Source: Podarcis gaigeae (Eukaryota). From it: 64,000 nucleotides of DNA. Location: NCBI GenBank assembly GCA_964106915.2, contig OZ066919.1. The stretch is one strand, 5' to 3'. Both the position numbers and the translations under genes were made by a program. Position 1 is the first letter of the stretch. Every line of letters begins with the position of its first letter. Positions 51,825-64,000 of this stretch are shown piece by piece. The notes under the pieces were generated by a model, which saw nothing but the letters and a program-made list of their open reading frames with translations, was not told where the DNA came from and made no database searches.

Positions 51825-52815
51825 CAGGGGTGGGGAACTTCAGGGCCAAGGGCCGAATGTAGCCCCCAGGCCTCTCAATCTGATCCTTGGGACTCTCTCC
51901 AAACCACACCCCTTCTCCAGACACACTCACTCACTATAGACCAAACCTGTCACCAGCCCTACTTATCCCCTTCTTGAATGCATTTGCCTGGCTGGAATGT
52001 ACTCCTGAGCTCTGATAATGCCTCTTACTTGCCTGGACAGAGGACAGAGAGCGGTATGCATAGAAACTAGACCATTGTACAGAAGTACCATTTGTATTCA
52101 TTGCCCCACCACCCATTTCTGCCAAGCCCCTGCCCAGTGGTGGAGAAACCCTCTCCAGCACCCGGGGCGGGATGCCAAGGGGTGGGGCGAACCTCCCAGT
52201 GATGCACGTGTGGCAGTCCGTACGATTGCCGTGCGAGAGGCAGCCTGAATGGACACCCATACAGCCTCGTTCCAGTATACCTGAAGGAGCATCTCCACCC
52301 CCATCAGTCAGCCCAGACACTGAGGTCCAGCACTGAGGGCCTTCTGGCAGTTCCCTCACTGAGAGAAGCCAAGTTACAGGGAACCAGGCAGAGGGCCTTC
52401 TCAGTAGTGGCATCCGCCCTCTGGAACGCCCTCCCACCAGATGTCAAAGAGAAGAACAATTACCAGACTTTTAGAAGACATCTGAAGGCAGCCCTGTTTA
52501 GCGAAGCTTTTAATGTTTAACAGACCACTGTATTTTAATACTCTGTTGGAAGCCGCCCAGTGTGGCTGGGGAAATTCTATTCTATTCTATGGACAGCAAA
52601 TGAGAGTGGCATCCCATATGGACCGTGCGCGCCCTTGGCTGTTCTGCAGGTGGGGGGAGGCAGGGGCCACCTCCCCCCCCCAGAATGGCACCCAGGTCAG
52701 ACCACCCCCTCCACCCCCCACTTCATATGCCCCTGCCTACTACCAACATGTGTCCCCCAGAAGGGTGCCCAGAAGAAACTGCGACCCTTGGGCTGAGAAA
52801 GGTTCCCTAGTCCTG
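51825..52815. mobile_element. Old hAT element containing nested insertions
   Basis: Ends caggggtggggaact / aggttccctagtcctg; a second hAT-like element (about 52135-52736) and an L2 fragment lie inside. Confidence 0.6.
52265..52590 (+). mobile_element. L2 LINE 3' end
   Basis: Encodes YLKEHLHPHQSAQTLRSS...RQRAFSVVASALWNALP...FRRHLKAALF; (ttcta)n tail. Confidence 0.88.
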
Positions 52816-53929
52816 CAGCAGAAATAAAAAAGGAGCACTATTTTCATAGAGTGTGCAGAATATGCAAGTTACAATAATTTTAGCAAGCAAAGGAAGTGGT
52901 GTTTAAAAACATTCCAAAAGAAAGTAATAGAAAATTACAATTTAAATGCAGGGTTCAAGCATGGGCCTTTTCTCAGTTTCCTTATTTTGTCATTAGACCA
53001 ATTAGGATCATTTAAACGTATCAGATATAGAATCAATTATAACCCAGCCAGCCATTATGGAAAGTTTTCAGAAGGGCAGCTTCACCCTGCTCCCATATGA
53101 TGATAATCATGGCCACAAACACTATACAATAATAGCAATTTTTGAGGCTATTTGTTTCTTCTTGGATATTTGCATCAAATGTAAGAAGATGCCACAGTGT
53201 TTTTTTGTACCACATGAAGCTGCTTGCAATACCAAAATAGCACAAATCCAAATTATGATCTTATGTGTTATAATGTATTTCATTGAAGCTCAACACAAAG
53301 CAGTAAAGAAATCTATTCAGCACAGTAATAAACCAAAATTGAAAGAGATTCCCATTCTGTATAATTGTTGTCTTTAAAACAAAACCTCTGCTCATTAGTT
53401 TGTCTCATTTTTAACTCTTTTCAATAAAGTGTGCTGCATTTATGGCTGGTAGTGTTACAGCCTGCAATTATCCACATACAATGTATAATATGATGTTCTT
53501 TACCCAAGCAGCTTTCAATGAGTTGCAACCCTGACTATACAGAACTAGTTTAAATAAACAATGTGGTAAATGTTGACTACAAGGTCTTGTTTGTCCAGCA
53601 TTTCCTGGGAGACTTAGATCTGCTACTTCAATACACTCGGTCCTGGAAAAGTTCAAAGTCTATGGCACTCACAGACCATTGTGTTCGCCTGGCAATCTGT
53701 TTGGCAGTCTGGGACACCCTTTGTTAGTGTAGATGGTACCATCCACATAGAGAAAAGCAACACAACCCCATGTGCAGGGTGGTACATGTACCACATTTGC
53801 ATGTTTATGGTAACATGTCAAACCAAGAAAAAAGAAAGCTCCTTGCAGGCAGTTAAGAAGACATGGCTTCCTTCTGCTTTTGTGGGTGCTAAGAGGTTCA
53901 ATAAAAGCTAATAAGGCAGCAAAGACCAA

Positions 53930-54235
53930 TGACCTCTTGATCAGCAGAGAGATGAGTTCTGGAATAGGGATTCAACCTTATTTGAACTAGGATCATACTC
54001 TTCTTGGAGAATGAGGTTTGTCGTTTGGAGGTGCTCCTGGATTCAACTTTATCTCTGGATGCCCTGGTGGCCAGGAATGCCTTTACCCAGCTTAGGCTGG
54101 TGGACCAACTGCCCCTCTTCCAATGGTAGAACGTCTTAGTTGGATTACTGCGATGTGCTCTACATTTTGAATTCTACCTTTGAAGAGACTTTGGAAACTT
54201 AAGTTGGTATAGAATGTGGCAGTAAAGGCAGCTAT
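53930..54235 (+). mobile_element. Decayed L2 ORF2 fragment
   Basis: LEVLLDSTLSL, RNAFTQLRLV and LDYCDVLY motifs with indels. Confidence 0.7.
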
Positions 54236-55822
54236 ATTATGGTGGGCTGCAATGATGTATGTAATACAGAAGAAATGGCCTGCCAGGCAGCCAGTGGTGG
54301 CTGGTGCCCCTTTGGATTGGTAAAGGCAGAAGGCAGAGAGAACTTCATAGGTTTCATAGGAAACCACAGTGATAACAGAAAAGAGCTTATCACCCTAGTG
54401 TGTTGAGCATCCGCAGGGCTGTATCTGATATAAAGGACCAGATGTCTGGATTAATAAGATACTAGTACTGCATCAGCAAATAAACACAAGAAGAAGCACT
54501 TCAGAGGAACAGACATTTTTAGCATGCTTTAGAAAAATTGAATACTTTTCTCAATTTGTACTCTACTTCCTCAGAATGTATTCCCTAAGCAATGTACATC
54601 ATGTAAAACGTGACTTTGGCATTGTGATAACTGAAAGTGGCAGGGTGTTGGGGCAGAAAACCAGGGCCCCACTCAGCAGCATGAGCAAGAAGGCCCTGGA
54701 AGACACCAGGGCTGTGACATTTGGAAGAAATACACATTGCCATCTAACAATTGGGGGTGGGGACCAGCCCATTAAATCCAGAATCTAAAATTAAGTAATT
54801 GGGTCTATACAACATAGAATGTGTGTGCAACCAAACTGCTCAGTCCCCCAAGTGCTTCAGATTCTGAAGCATGACTTCCCAATGAGAGTCAGACAGGAAG
54901 TATAATAATAAAAGCTGCAGTGTGCACTGATATGCACCTGGGGCGCACAGAAAGAGTGTGCCATGTGGTCATCAGGTCCTCACATGGCTATATGCTTAGA
55001 TGCCAGGTTTTTAATTAGCAGGTTTGTCATCTGATGTTCACTAGCCTTGTAGTTAATTATTTGATAAAAGCAGTTTATTATTCTCGATATATTATAAATT
55101 TATTATGGCTCATTGCTTTAAAATATTTAATCCTTTGCAGGTCCTTAAACACAAATATGGCAGCTATTAGCAACCTCTTCAGTGAGGTGTAAAATTGTAC
55201 CCAAAGGCCTCATAAACAAGGAATGCTTGGGAAAGATTAAATCAGTGTATACAGCTGCAGAGGAGACCATTATGAAATGCATTATTATTATGCTTTAGTG
55301 TTGTTTTGTTTGCCACTCCACTCCTGTCAGATCTGTCAGCTACCTATATTCTCACTCTCTCTCCCCGCCAATAAATAAGAGATGTTACACCACCTGATTA
55401 GGTGGAAATCATTTATCAGGACATACTTCAACTAAGGCAGGATTAGCTCCATCAATCTCCTGGGCCATCCCTATCTCCAGGCCATCTAAACCCTAAAGAT
55501 GATGTCACCCAAAGGATATGCAAAAAAAGAGACCACAAGCAAGTGAGGCTCCTTCTGCAATGTTCATCATAGGGGTTAGCAGAGCCCAAGAGACAAGCCA
55601 CACCATTCCTTTAGATTACAATGAAAAATTTGCTCAGCTACAAGATGCATGTTCTACCCAAGCAGGTCTTTCATAACTTCCAGAAGATTTTCCAGCTTTG
55701 ATTGGACATAATAAACATTTAATTCTAGATGTAAAGAGACTTTTCACAACAGAAGTTTCATATATGAAAGGAAAGATCAAAAATCTAGTATTGGTTTTCC
55801 AGAGAGAGTTTAGTAGGGTGCA

Positions 55823-55825
<3 letters not shown>

Positions 55826-55869
<44 letters not shown>
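55826..55869. repeat. (TA)n microsatellite
   Basis: Direct tandem repeat. Confidence 0.95.
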
Positions 55870-55872
<3 letters not shown>

Positions 55873-57987
55873 AGTAAAGGTTTCTTGGCACACTTACATT
55901 TTTTTATGTTGTGTGCAATTCACCTCTGCTTTCCCCCCCCTCCTTCCCCAGCAAACTTTAGAAAATAATTCTAGCCTCAGCAGTTTGGAGGAACAATAAA
56001 CACCAACTTCAGTATTTGTTATGCTCCAGTGAATTTCTATGGATTTTCCCTAGCAATCCGATCTACCAGATTATTCCTACATAAAACTATAATCCCTCAG
56101 AAAATCATCAGGTAAGCCACTTTTCCATTTTATTCCTTATTCAAAACTACAGCAAACTCCCTACAGAGTTAAAGCTGACTGACAGAAACATCCACTGTGG
56201 TGCCTGGCAAATAAAGAAATTAGCTTGCATTAGAAGAAGGCAGTACAAGATATTATACCACAATGAACATGTGCCCTTTTTTGTGATAATCTCCTAAAAG
56301 ACTCAGTAAATTGTACAACTGTTACTAGAAAGTTGTTCACTTTTGCTTAGCTGACATAGCATGGGCGGGCATCCCAAAATACACCCCTTTGCCTCTCTTG
56401 GCATCACTCCCCAACAAACTTTCTGGACCCTCTCCCACCCCAACCAGAGAATGCAACTGCTGATGGGGAGAATATGGCCTCCAGGCAAGGATTACTGGAC
56501 ATGAGTGGGACAGGTACAGAATACGAGAGATTAGTAGTCCACTCTTTCATCTCTTGCCAACAACGCCATCAAACCAGTCTAGTTGATAAGAATGCTGGTT
56601 TTGACAACAAAGTGAAAAACTTGTAACTATACCATTCAATACAATTTCCTTAAAAGCATGTCTAACTTTTTGAGCGTTTGCAAGAACACCGACTTCTACA
56701 AATTCTGAAAATCAACATTTTTATTAATTTTTTAACAACTGACTGTATTAATCACTAGAAAAACACATAATTATAATTATTCTGCATTTCATGGGAACAT
56801 TGTGCTGGTTGGGGGCTTGTTGGTCAAGTCAAATAACTTGGATTTCATACATTTTTTAAAAAAAGATTTTTTTTAAAAGTCTATAATTGGATGACTAATA
56901 TATGAAAATCAAGTACCTAAAACCAACTGCAGATAATTTCTAGTAGGTTTTACCAGGTAAATTACACCTAAGAGCAAATTAAGCTTCAATTAGCAAGTAT
57001 TTAAGACAGACTTTCAAAGACAGACAATGGCATTTCCGTTTGTTTGAAGGTGAAAACCATGGAGAAGCTCCTCTGAGAACAAAAGACAGACACAAATGGA
57101 ACAACACACCTCAGCACTTAAGGACACATGATAACAATCATTGTGAACAGGTACATAATTGCAATAGCATAGTGGAAGAAAGGCAAGGGGTGAATCGTCA
57201 AATCCTATCCCAACTAGTGCTCCAACAAACAATTAAGTGAAGGGAAAAGAATGTTCTACTAACAGATGGAAGGAGAATTACAGCTGCAGAGTTGAGATGG
57301 ATAAATTACCTTCTTTTAAGGCAAGAAGCAGTATCATTTCTTTCTGGCCAGACCAAGATAAGTTGAGAGCCACATTATTTGCTACTGCAGATGGCCTACT
57401 TAGAAAGATAACAGCTACAGCTATTACTAGGTTTGTCTAGGAGTGGTAGTAGATGTGGGTATGTAGTACTGCAATATGCAGTATTGCACAGTGCCAGTCT
57501 GGATACTGCATACTGCAGTAAGTTTGATGCTTTCAGCATTTATGTCCTGGCTTCACCCCTTGGACACAGTACTCAGACTCTCAGCTCAAGGAAACCTAGC
57601 AGCTTTGTTTAAGAAACCAATACAATATCAGCATTTGCTTGAAATACAGGATATACTTGACATACCCCTCCCGCTCTGCTTTTAAGGAGCAGGGTGGAAC
57701 CAGGCAGTTGTACAGTTCTCATTACAAGCAGGGCGACTGAGCATGGGGTGGCCTTGGTCTCTTCACTTGTGCAGATGGTGTTACATCCTTGACAACAGGA
57801 CCTAAGTCAGTCCTTTTTGCTTCTGGTTCACCTGGCCCCGCTAATTGGCCACCTACCTCTTTTACTAACATGGACACCTGACTCTCTGAAGAAAGGGTGG
57901 ACCCCAGCCCACATGGTTCTCCATTCCCTTCTGTGACATCCTGAAATATTGGGGCAGAGACCTCTCACAACTTGCTACATAGGCTCC

Positions 57988-58067
57988 TGGAAGACAGGGG
58001 TGCCTGGCGTGCTCTGGTCCATGGGGTCACGAAGAGTCGGACATGGCTAAACAACTAAACAACAACA
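57988..58067 (+). mobile_element. RTE-BovB 3' end
   Basis: gcctggcgtgctctggtccatggggtcacgaagagtcggaca...aacaacaaca, the reverse complement of the 26327 copy. Confidence 0.88.
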
Positions 58068-58434
58068 TGTAATAGATGGCCTTAGATTGGGGAGGTCCAA
58101 GTTCAAACTGACCTATAAAGCTCATATGGTAAACCTGGCTAAAATACTATCTCTCAGATAAGCCTATCTGAGAGAGTTGTTGTAGGTTTTAAGTAAGATA
58201 ACTCAGTATATTGCACAAACTTTAATTGAAGGAAAGGTGATATCCAAACACAAGTGGTTTGTTAGTGCACTGCACTATTAAATACTTCCTCTATTCCTCT
58301 ATAAATAATTCTTGGGCGGACCTAATAAAACAGCATCTAAAACTTCAGCAGCAAAAGTATATATAATCAATAAGCAGCAAAGCCATCATACTCCATCAAA
58401 TTCTTGGAAAGAGAGATACGGTTTTACCTGGCAC

Positions 58435-58588
58435 CAGTGGCGTAGTGTGGGTTGTCAACACCCGGGGCAAGGCAAGTAATTTGCACCCCCTAACCCAGTA
58501 GGGGCAGAGAGCTGCGAGTGCGAGCGCCCCCCCAGATGTTGCGCCCGGTACGGCTGGCCCCCCCTGCACCCCCCACGCTACGCCACTG
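58435..58588. mobile_element. hAT MITE (cagtggcgtag family)
   Basis: TIRs cagtggcgtagtgtggg / cccacgctacgccactg; perfect 8-bp TSD cctggcac. Confidence 0.93.
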
Positions 58589-58786
58589 CCTGGCACCAAA
58601 ACAATGTTAATAATGCTGCCAGGCAGACCTCACTGAGGAGAACACTAAAAGGAAGCTACAATTAAAAACCATTGTGGTCAATCTCTGAAACTCCCTCAGT
58701 GGATAAAGCCCAGAGAAGTGTCACAGATCAAAACTTAAAGGTCCAGAAAAGACTATAACTATAGTATGTGAATGAACTCCACAAGT

Positions 58787-59257
58787 AATAATAATAATAA
58801 TAAATTTTATTTATATCCCGCCCTCCCCAGCCGAAGCCGGGCTCAGGGCGGCTAACAACAATCAAATAATCAAACAGTCAAATAATCACACATTCTAAAA
58901 ATATTTCATTATAAAAATTAATTAAAATCAAATTGATGGCAACCAATTAAGCAAAATTCTGTGCAGGTTGCCAGAGGAGGGAGTCAGGCTGCGCCCTGAC
59001 CAAAGGCCTGGTGGAACAACTCTGTCTTGCAGGCCCTGCGGAAAGATGTCAGGTCCCGCAGGGCCCTAGTCTTTTGTGACAAAGCGTTCCACCAGATTGG
59101 AGCCATAGCCGAAAAAGCCCTGACTCTAGTTGAGGCCAGCCTAACCTCTCTGTGGCCTGGGACCTTGAGGATGTTATTATTTGCAGACCGTAGGTTTCTC
59201 TGTGGGGCATACCAGGAGAGGCGGTCCCGCAGGTACGAGGGTCCTAGGCCGTATTAG
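58787..59257 (-). mobile_element. L2 LINE 3' end, relatively young
   Basis: (taa)n tail; minus translation GLGPSYLRDRLSWYAP...RAFSAMAPIWWNAL...FRRACKTELF; CpGs retained. Confidence 0.9.
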
Positions 59258-61311
59258 AACCTTAAGGAAGTCTCACCTCTTGGTGCTTTGCTCTCATGTC
59301 ACATTTTAATCTGGACCCAAGCCTTGATGTCCACACTCAATGAGTGCACGTTAAGAGGAGAGGCCAGCCTAGTGCTTGACATTAGAAAGGAGGCCAGAAA
59401 TCACAGGAGTCATGATCTCACTTCCCTTTAACCATGTGAAGCGTCTTCATGCAATACAGAAAACTATTCTTTCATAATTAATATTAATGCATTTTCATGA
59501 TCAATATTAATACATGAAGAAGGCTTATGTCAACTCTATTGCCATCTTTTTTAAAATTTCTGTAATATTAAGGGCTTACTCTCCTTTGGGGAGGAGTGCA
59601 GTGTTTTCAAGCAGTTATCTGCCAAGACTGATGTTGACAACTTTAAATACCAGGAGACAACAACAACAACGTCAGTTTGGAACTCCTGGAATCTCTGATG
59701 TTTTAGAAATAAATCTTTAAAGAGAAAGCTCATAATTGCACAAATAATTCTGAATCAAAAGGAGATTCATCATCATTGCATTAACTTGATATTTTTCTTT
59801 CGAAGCCTGCGCATCAAATGCTATAATTCCCATAAGACTGTATTTTGATACTATGAGCCATAAAATCTGAACTATATAAAAAGCAATGGGAAAATACTAA
59901 GCTCTTTTAATTAGTTTGGTTGGATGCACCCATGATTTAGAGTAGGATTAATATTACTGAAAAGTAAGTGCACAACTATTCAAGAGCTTCCCCAAAAGTC
60001 CATGGCAAACAGGAATACTGAATTGTAAATGCAATCTCTGACATCCAGTGTGCTGGCAACTATAAACCTGTCATTCTTCTGGACTTCCAAAACAAACAGT
60101 CTGTATGCCAAGAGAAAAAGGACACATTCCATCTGGTAGCTCAATCTATCACTGCTTTCATCAAACAGAAGGAATAGCAGCTCTTGAAAAGGCTGTTACA
60201 CTCCACTTCACTGACAGGGTGGGCTTTGTTCTTTGACTCTGTTAAGCTGTGTCCAGAAAGCAGCTTTCCCCCATGTCAGATTTAGCACTGCAACAGAAAT
60301 GGGGAGAAGGGCAACCTAAAGAGGCGACAAGCTGTATGGGGATTTGGTGCCACAGTTGTTATTTTGGGCTGTGCCACCCATGATGATGCGGTGTGCACAC
60401 ACACACACAGCCCACTGTTCTGATCTAGCTCAGATTTTCCTACATCAATCGGGGGTGTAGGCTAAATGGCAAGACTCTAACCCTATGATTCAAAGGATCT
60501 CAAGGTCTGGTGCTTGATCAAGCTCCCTGTTTTTGTGCACACTAAATTAAGAGGTGTAATACCCCTCTAGTTTGCTGTATATGACCTGCAGGCCCTCCAT
60601 AAACTAGAAATACTAAATTTTGTAGCCAAAAGCCTGTAAACCATTTATAAATTCTTCAGGGTCTTCTGCAAAGCATATCACTCTTGCCAGAATCTCAACA
60701 GTAGACCTGTCTTTGCTTTTATTGTCTCCACAAAGAAAAACTGCCCTAAAATAAATTTTGACTTGTATTCTATCTTGGAAGTTCTTATTTCTGGAAAGAT
60801 ATTCACCTCTGCCAATCCTCTGTAATATTCCCCCCACCCTGGTCTCATCTTCCATTCTCCAAGCTTTTTCTCCTCCTTTTGGTTAATGTGTGTGTTGATA
60901 AGGTGATAGGAAGTGCCTCAGTAGGCACTTTTCTTTCTGCTAGTGAGGGCTGGGCTGGCATTTTCTTATATACAAGGAGAAATTTCTCTAGCTTTTAGGA
61001 AAGTATTTGAAATAACTATCCTGGTCTAATCCTGCGACTGACCAACTTGAAGGGGTTGCAGATGCCAACATTTATGTGGAGAGGTAACAGGAAGATGCTA
61101 AGTGGGGTTTTGCTGCTGATCTGTAGAGAGGACCAGGGGTAGACTTTGGTAATCTTATGTAACATGGACCCTATGTGAGGCCAAAAGGTGGTGCCCCCAA
61201 ATGGATCTTCTTAGTTACGGATCTTCTCAATTTTGCACCCCCTCAGCTCAGCACCCTGTGCAGGGAAACCACCCACTTCCCTAAATCTGGTACTCCACGA
61301 GGCATTGGTTC

Positions 61312-61316
<5 letters not shown>

Positions 61317-61348
<32 letters not shown>
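61317..61348. repeat. (GT)n microsatellite
   Basis: Direct tandem repeat. Confidence 0.95.
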
Positions 61349-61351
<3 letters not shown>

Positions 61352-61621
61352 GAAGTGATATATGAAATGTCAGTCAAATATATGCAGAACTAGACTTGTA
61401 TTACTGCAATGCTATAAATAAATGCCACAGTGGAGGTATAATACTACAGAATTGACCTTCCGTATCCCAGATGTTTCATTTAAAGCAGCTATAAATCAAA
61501 TCAGAACTGATTAGATAAAGCACATTTGTTCCACCCATGCCTCTGACCCCAGAACTAACAACTGACTTTGCATTATATGTATTTGGAAAATTAAAACATA
61601 CATAGCTGGAAACGAGGTTAC

Positions 61622-61661
<40 letters not shown>
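61622..61661. repeat. (TA)n(TG)n microsatellite
   Basis: Direct tandem repeat. Confidence 0.95.
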
Positions 61662-61665
<4 letters not shown>

Positions 61666-63244
61666 GAGTCAGTTTAAAACGTTTAGAAAACAAGAGAGGA
61701 AAGAGGGCCACTGCATAATCTTACCAGCATTAGACTCCACTTAACTCTCCCCACCCTTTTCCTTTGTGCAATTGGGCTGAGCTTTTCTTGTTCATATTTT
61801 TTTTTTACCATCCGCAGAAGAAAACGAAGAAAGTTCTTATTTCCTCGCCTGCAGAGTAAAGCCACTTACTTGAGAGAAATCAAATTGAAGCGCTTTATTT
61901 CCCAGAGCACACAGCTGGGGCCATTTCACAACTCAGTTCTTAAGAGAAGGCTAATGAAAGAATTACCACTTATGTTCTGAAAGACAGAATTTACCTACTG
62001 TAATTGCCAGAGACCATATCCTTGCTGAGGACAATGCAGCATACGTAGTGCTCCCATGAAGTGAGATGAATTGAACTCTCTGTTGGTAACAGACCCATAA
62101 GGAGAGTCATTAATCACCTGAACAGTCTCAAGCGCATCCACTGCCAGTAATGGACTTCATACTGGAAAAAAACTGACTTGTAGTGCCACAAGGCTAAAGG
62201 AGGGGATATTCTTTATGAATATGTTATCTGCCCCTCAGGAATTACCTGCTGCCTCAGAAACACACTTCTTAACTGAAAGGTTTTTTTAAAAAAACAAAAA
62301 ACAAAACACTTCCCTCTTCCTTTTCTTTTCTTTACCTAGACACTAAAGGAAGACCACACAAAACTGCTGTAAACTAATGAAAGCTGTTTGTGTTTCATAC
62401 CACTTAGTTAGACCTTATATACAATGGTAATATCAGTATAACTTCTCATTTTCAAAACCTACTGTGAAGACTTAAGTGCCACAAAATTACACAGTTATGC
62501 TTCATTTGAGCATGGAAACCTGATAGTTGGTATTAGGATTTTAATGACCTACTTACTGAAAATAATCTTGAAGGGTGGGGGTGGGGAGGAGTTGCTTTTG
62601 AAGTAAAATAGGTTAGTTGTTAATCAGAGTGTTTAAACTCTTGGCAATGCCTCGTTAAGCCACTTTGCTCACTTTATCATATTTGAATATAGCAAGAGTT
62701 GGGATTCTCTTTCTTGTCCTGAAATCTACAATTAGCTAGGTCCATTTCATCTTGCTCACTCATCCTGTGCTCTGAAACACAGTGACTTGTAATAAATTGC
62801 CAATGTGGTTTTCTTCAGAAGTGACAAATTGTTTCCTTAATTCAATATAAAAATTGTCACTCTTGTGGAATGTATAACCATAGAGAACACAGATGGGAGC
62901 AAGTGTTATGTACAAAGGGAACAGGATCCGAAGCAAAATAACTGTGTTCCATCAGATGACTTTTGTGTATTAGGTTTTCTCATCTTTGTTCATGTCCATG
63001 TGAGAACTACTGAGATTCTGTGTTCTGGACTTAAGTGCAAAGCAGGAAGTGTAGGAAACAATGCTGGGGGCAACGGGGACCATGTACAATCTGACATAGA
63101 AGCTATACGTTTTGTCCTATGTGTTGACTGTGCCATTTGTGCATGGCCTGAACTTCTTATTGTCTACCTTTAGGGCAAACCTAGGCTATGCACGAGTGTT
63201 CTGTGGCTTCTTCCAAATAAGCACATTCAAGACATGAAAAAGCC

Positions 63245-63644
63245 CCCAGGTGGGCAGCGGCAGAGCATATGCCCATGCTGCCCAGGGCAGCGCACTCCCG
63301 AGGGGTGTGGCATGGAGGGTGGCCTCCCAGGCATGGAATAGCTGTTTGGGCACCTGGAGCAGCACGTGCGCCCTGCATCCGGGGGCGGAGCGAGCCGCCC
63401 ATGGGGGCAGAGCAAGCTGCCCATGACAGACATTTAGTGCACTGTCCACCCACAACTCCCAAGCCCCCCCAAGCTGTCCAAACAAAGGGGGAAGGAGGGG
63501 GATGTCGCTGGCAAAGCGGCGCAGCTCCTCCCTTACCCCAACAGCTTGGGGTAGGCTTGGGAGTCATGGGTGGGTGGCACACTGAATGTCACCACCCTCA
63601 GTGAGGGCACCCGGGGCAGTTTGGCCCCCCTTCCTATGCCCCTG
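63245..63644. mobile_element. GC-rich hAT-like element fragment
   Basis: Right end cacccggggc...cctatgcccctg matches the termini at 52736 and 58588; the left TIR is not evident. Confidence 0.5.
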
Positions 63645-63821
63645 AATGTGGGTGAGTCTTTTAGGATATGACTTCTTTAACTCTACTATGAATTAGTAAT
63701 TTTAATAGTAGTTTGAAAAGTATGTCTTAATACAATGGTGGGGCATCTCCAGCCCACAAGCCTAAATTAGGCCCACCACCTTTCCCATACTGGTGTCATT
63801 AGGCACAGGAAAGGTCAAACT

Positions 63822-63911
63822 CATAGCTGTCAACATTTCCCTTTTTTTAAGGGAAATTCCCTTATTCCGAATAGGATTCCTCGCAAGAAAAGGGAAAACT
63901 TGACAGCTATG
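63822..63911. mobile_element. 90-bp hAT MITE
   Basis: Perfect TIRs catagctgtcaa / ttgacagctatg; perfect 8-bp TSD gtcaaact. Confidence 0.92.
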
Positions 63912-64000
63912 GTCAAACTGCAGATGCAAAGGAAGAATTGGAAGTGCACTCTGTTGGCCAACATGGGTACACACACATACAAAAAAAAGTTACAAATATT

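Noticed and set aside
60613-60855. 80-aa minus-strand ORF with an acceptor at about 60746
   Set aside because: No convincing donor and no recognisable homology.
62865-63173. 102-aa Cys-rich plus-strand ORF
   Set aside because: Non-ATG start, no splice support and no recognisable domain; consistent with chance.

Overview
Vertebrate nuclear DNA, almost certainly a squamate and probably a lacertid lizard (inferred from a Sauria SINE, BovB 3' tails, CR1, L2 and lizard-type hAT and Tc1/pogo MITEs). The window is AT-rich and mostly intronic or intergenic; most ORFs in the six-frame track are chance ORFs or transposon debris. A sparse set of minus-strand exons is visible. Two fairly well-formed phase-0 exons lie at 20273-20392 and 145-222. 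A 48-nt exon (49890-49937) can splice in frame to a probable terminal exon at 43080 (...DDYSNATFED*). Several weaker candidates lie between these. I could not recognise the host gene(s). The most notable structural signal is an intact minimal hammerhead-ribozyme motif at 31026-31063 inside a Penelope-like terminal fragment. Other points of interest are TSD-flanked hairpin MITEs, nested insertions, a possible poison exon, an antisense smORF candidate, RFX X-box-like palindromes and HOX/PBX/MEIS-motif-rich unique blocks. No CRISPR array, rRNA or bona fide tRNA gene was found. I see no clearly new multi-gene system.
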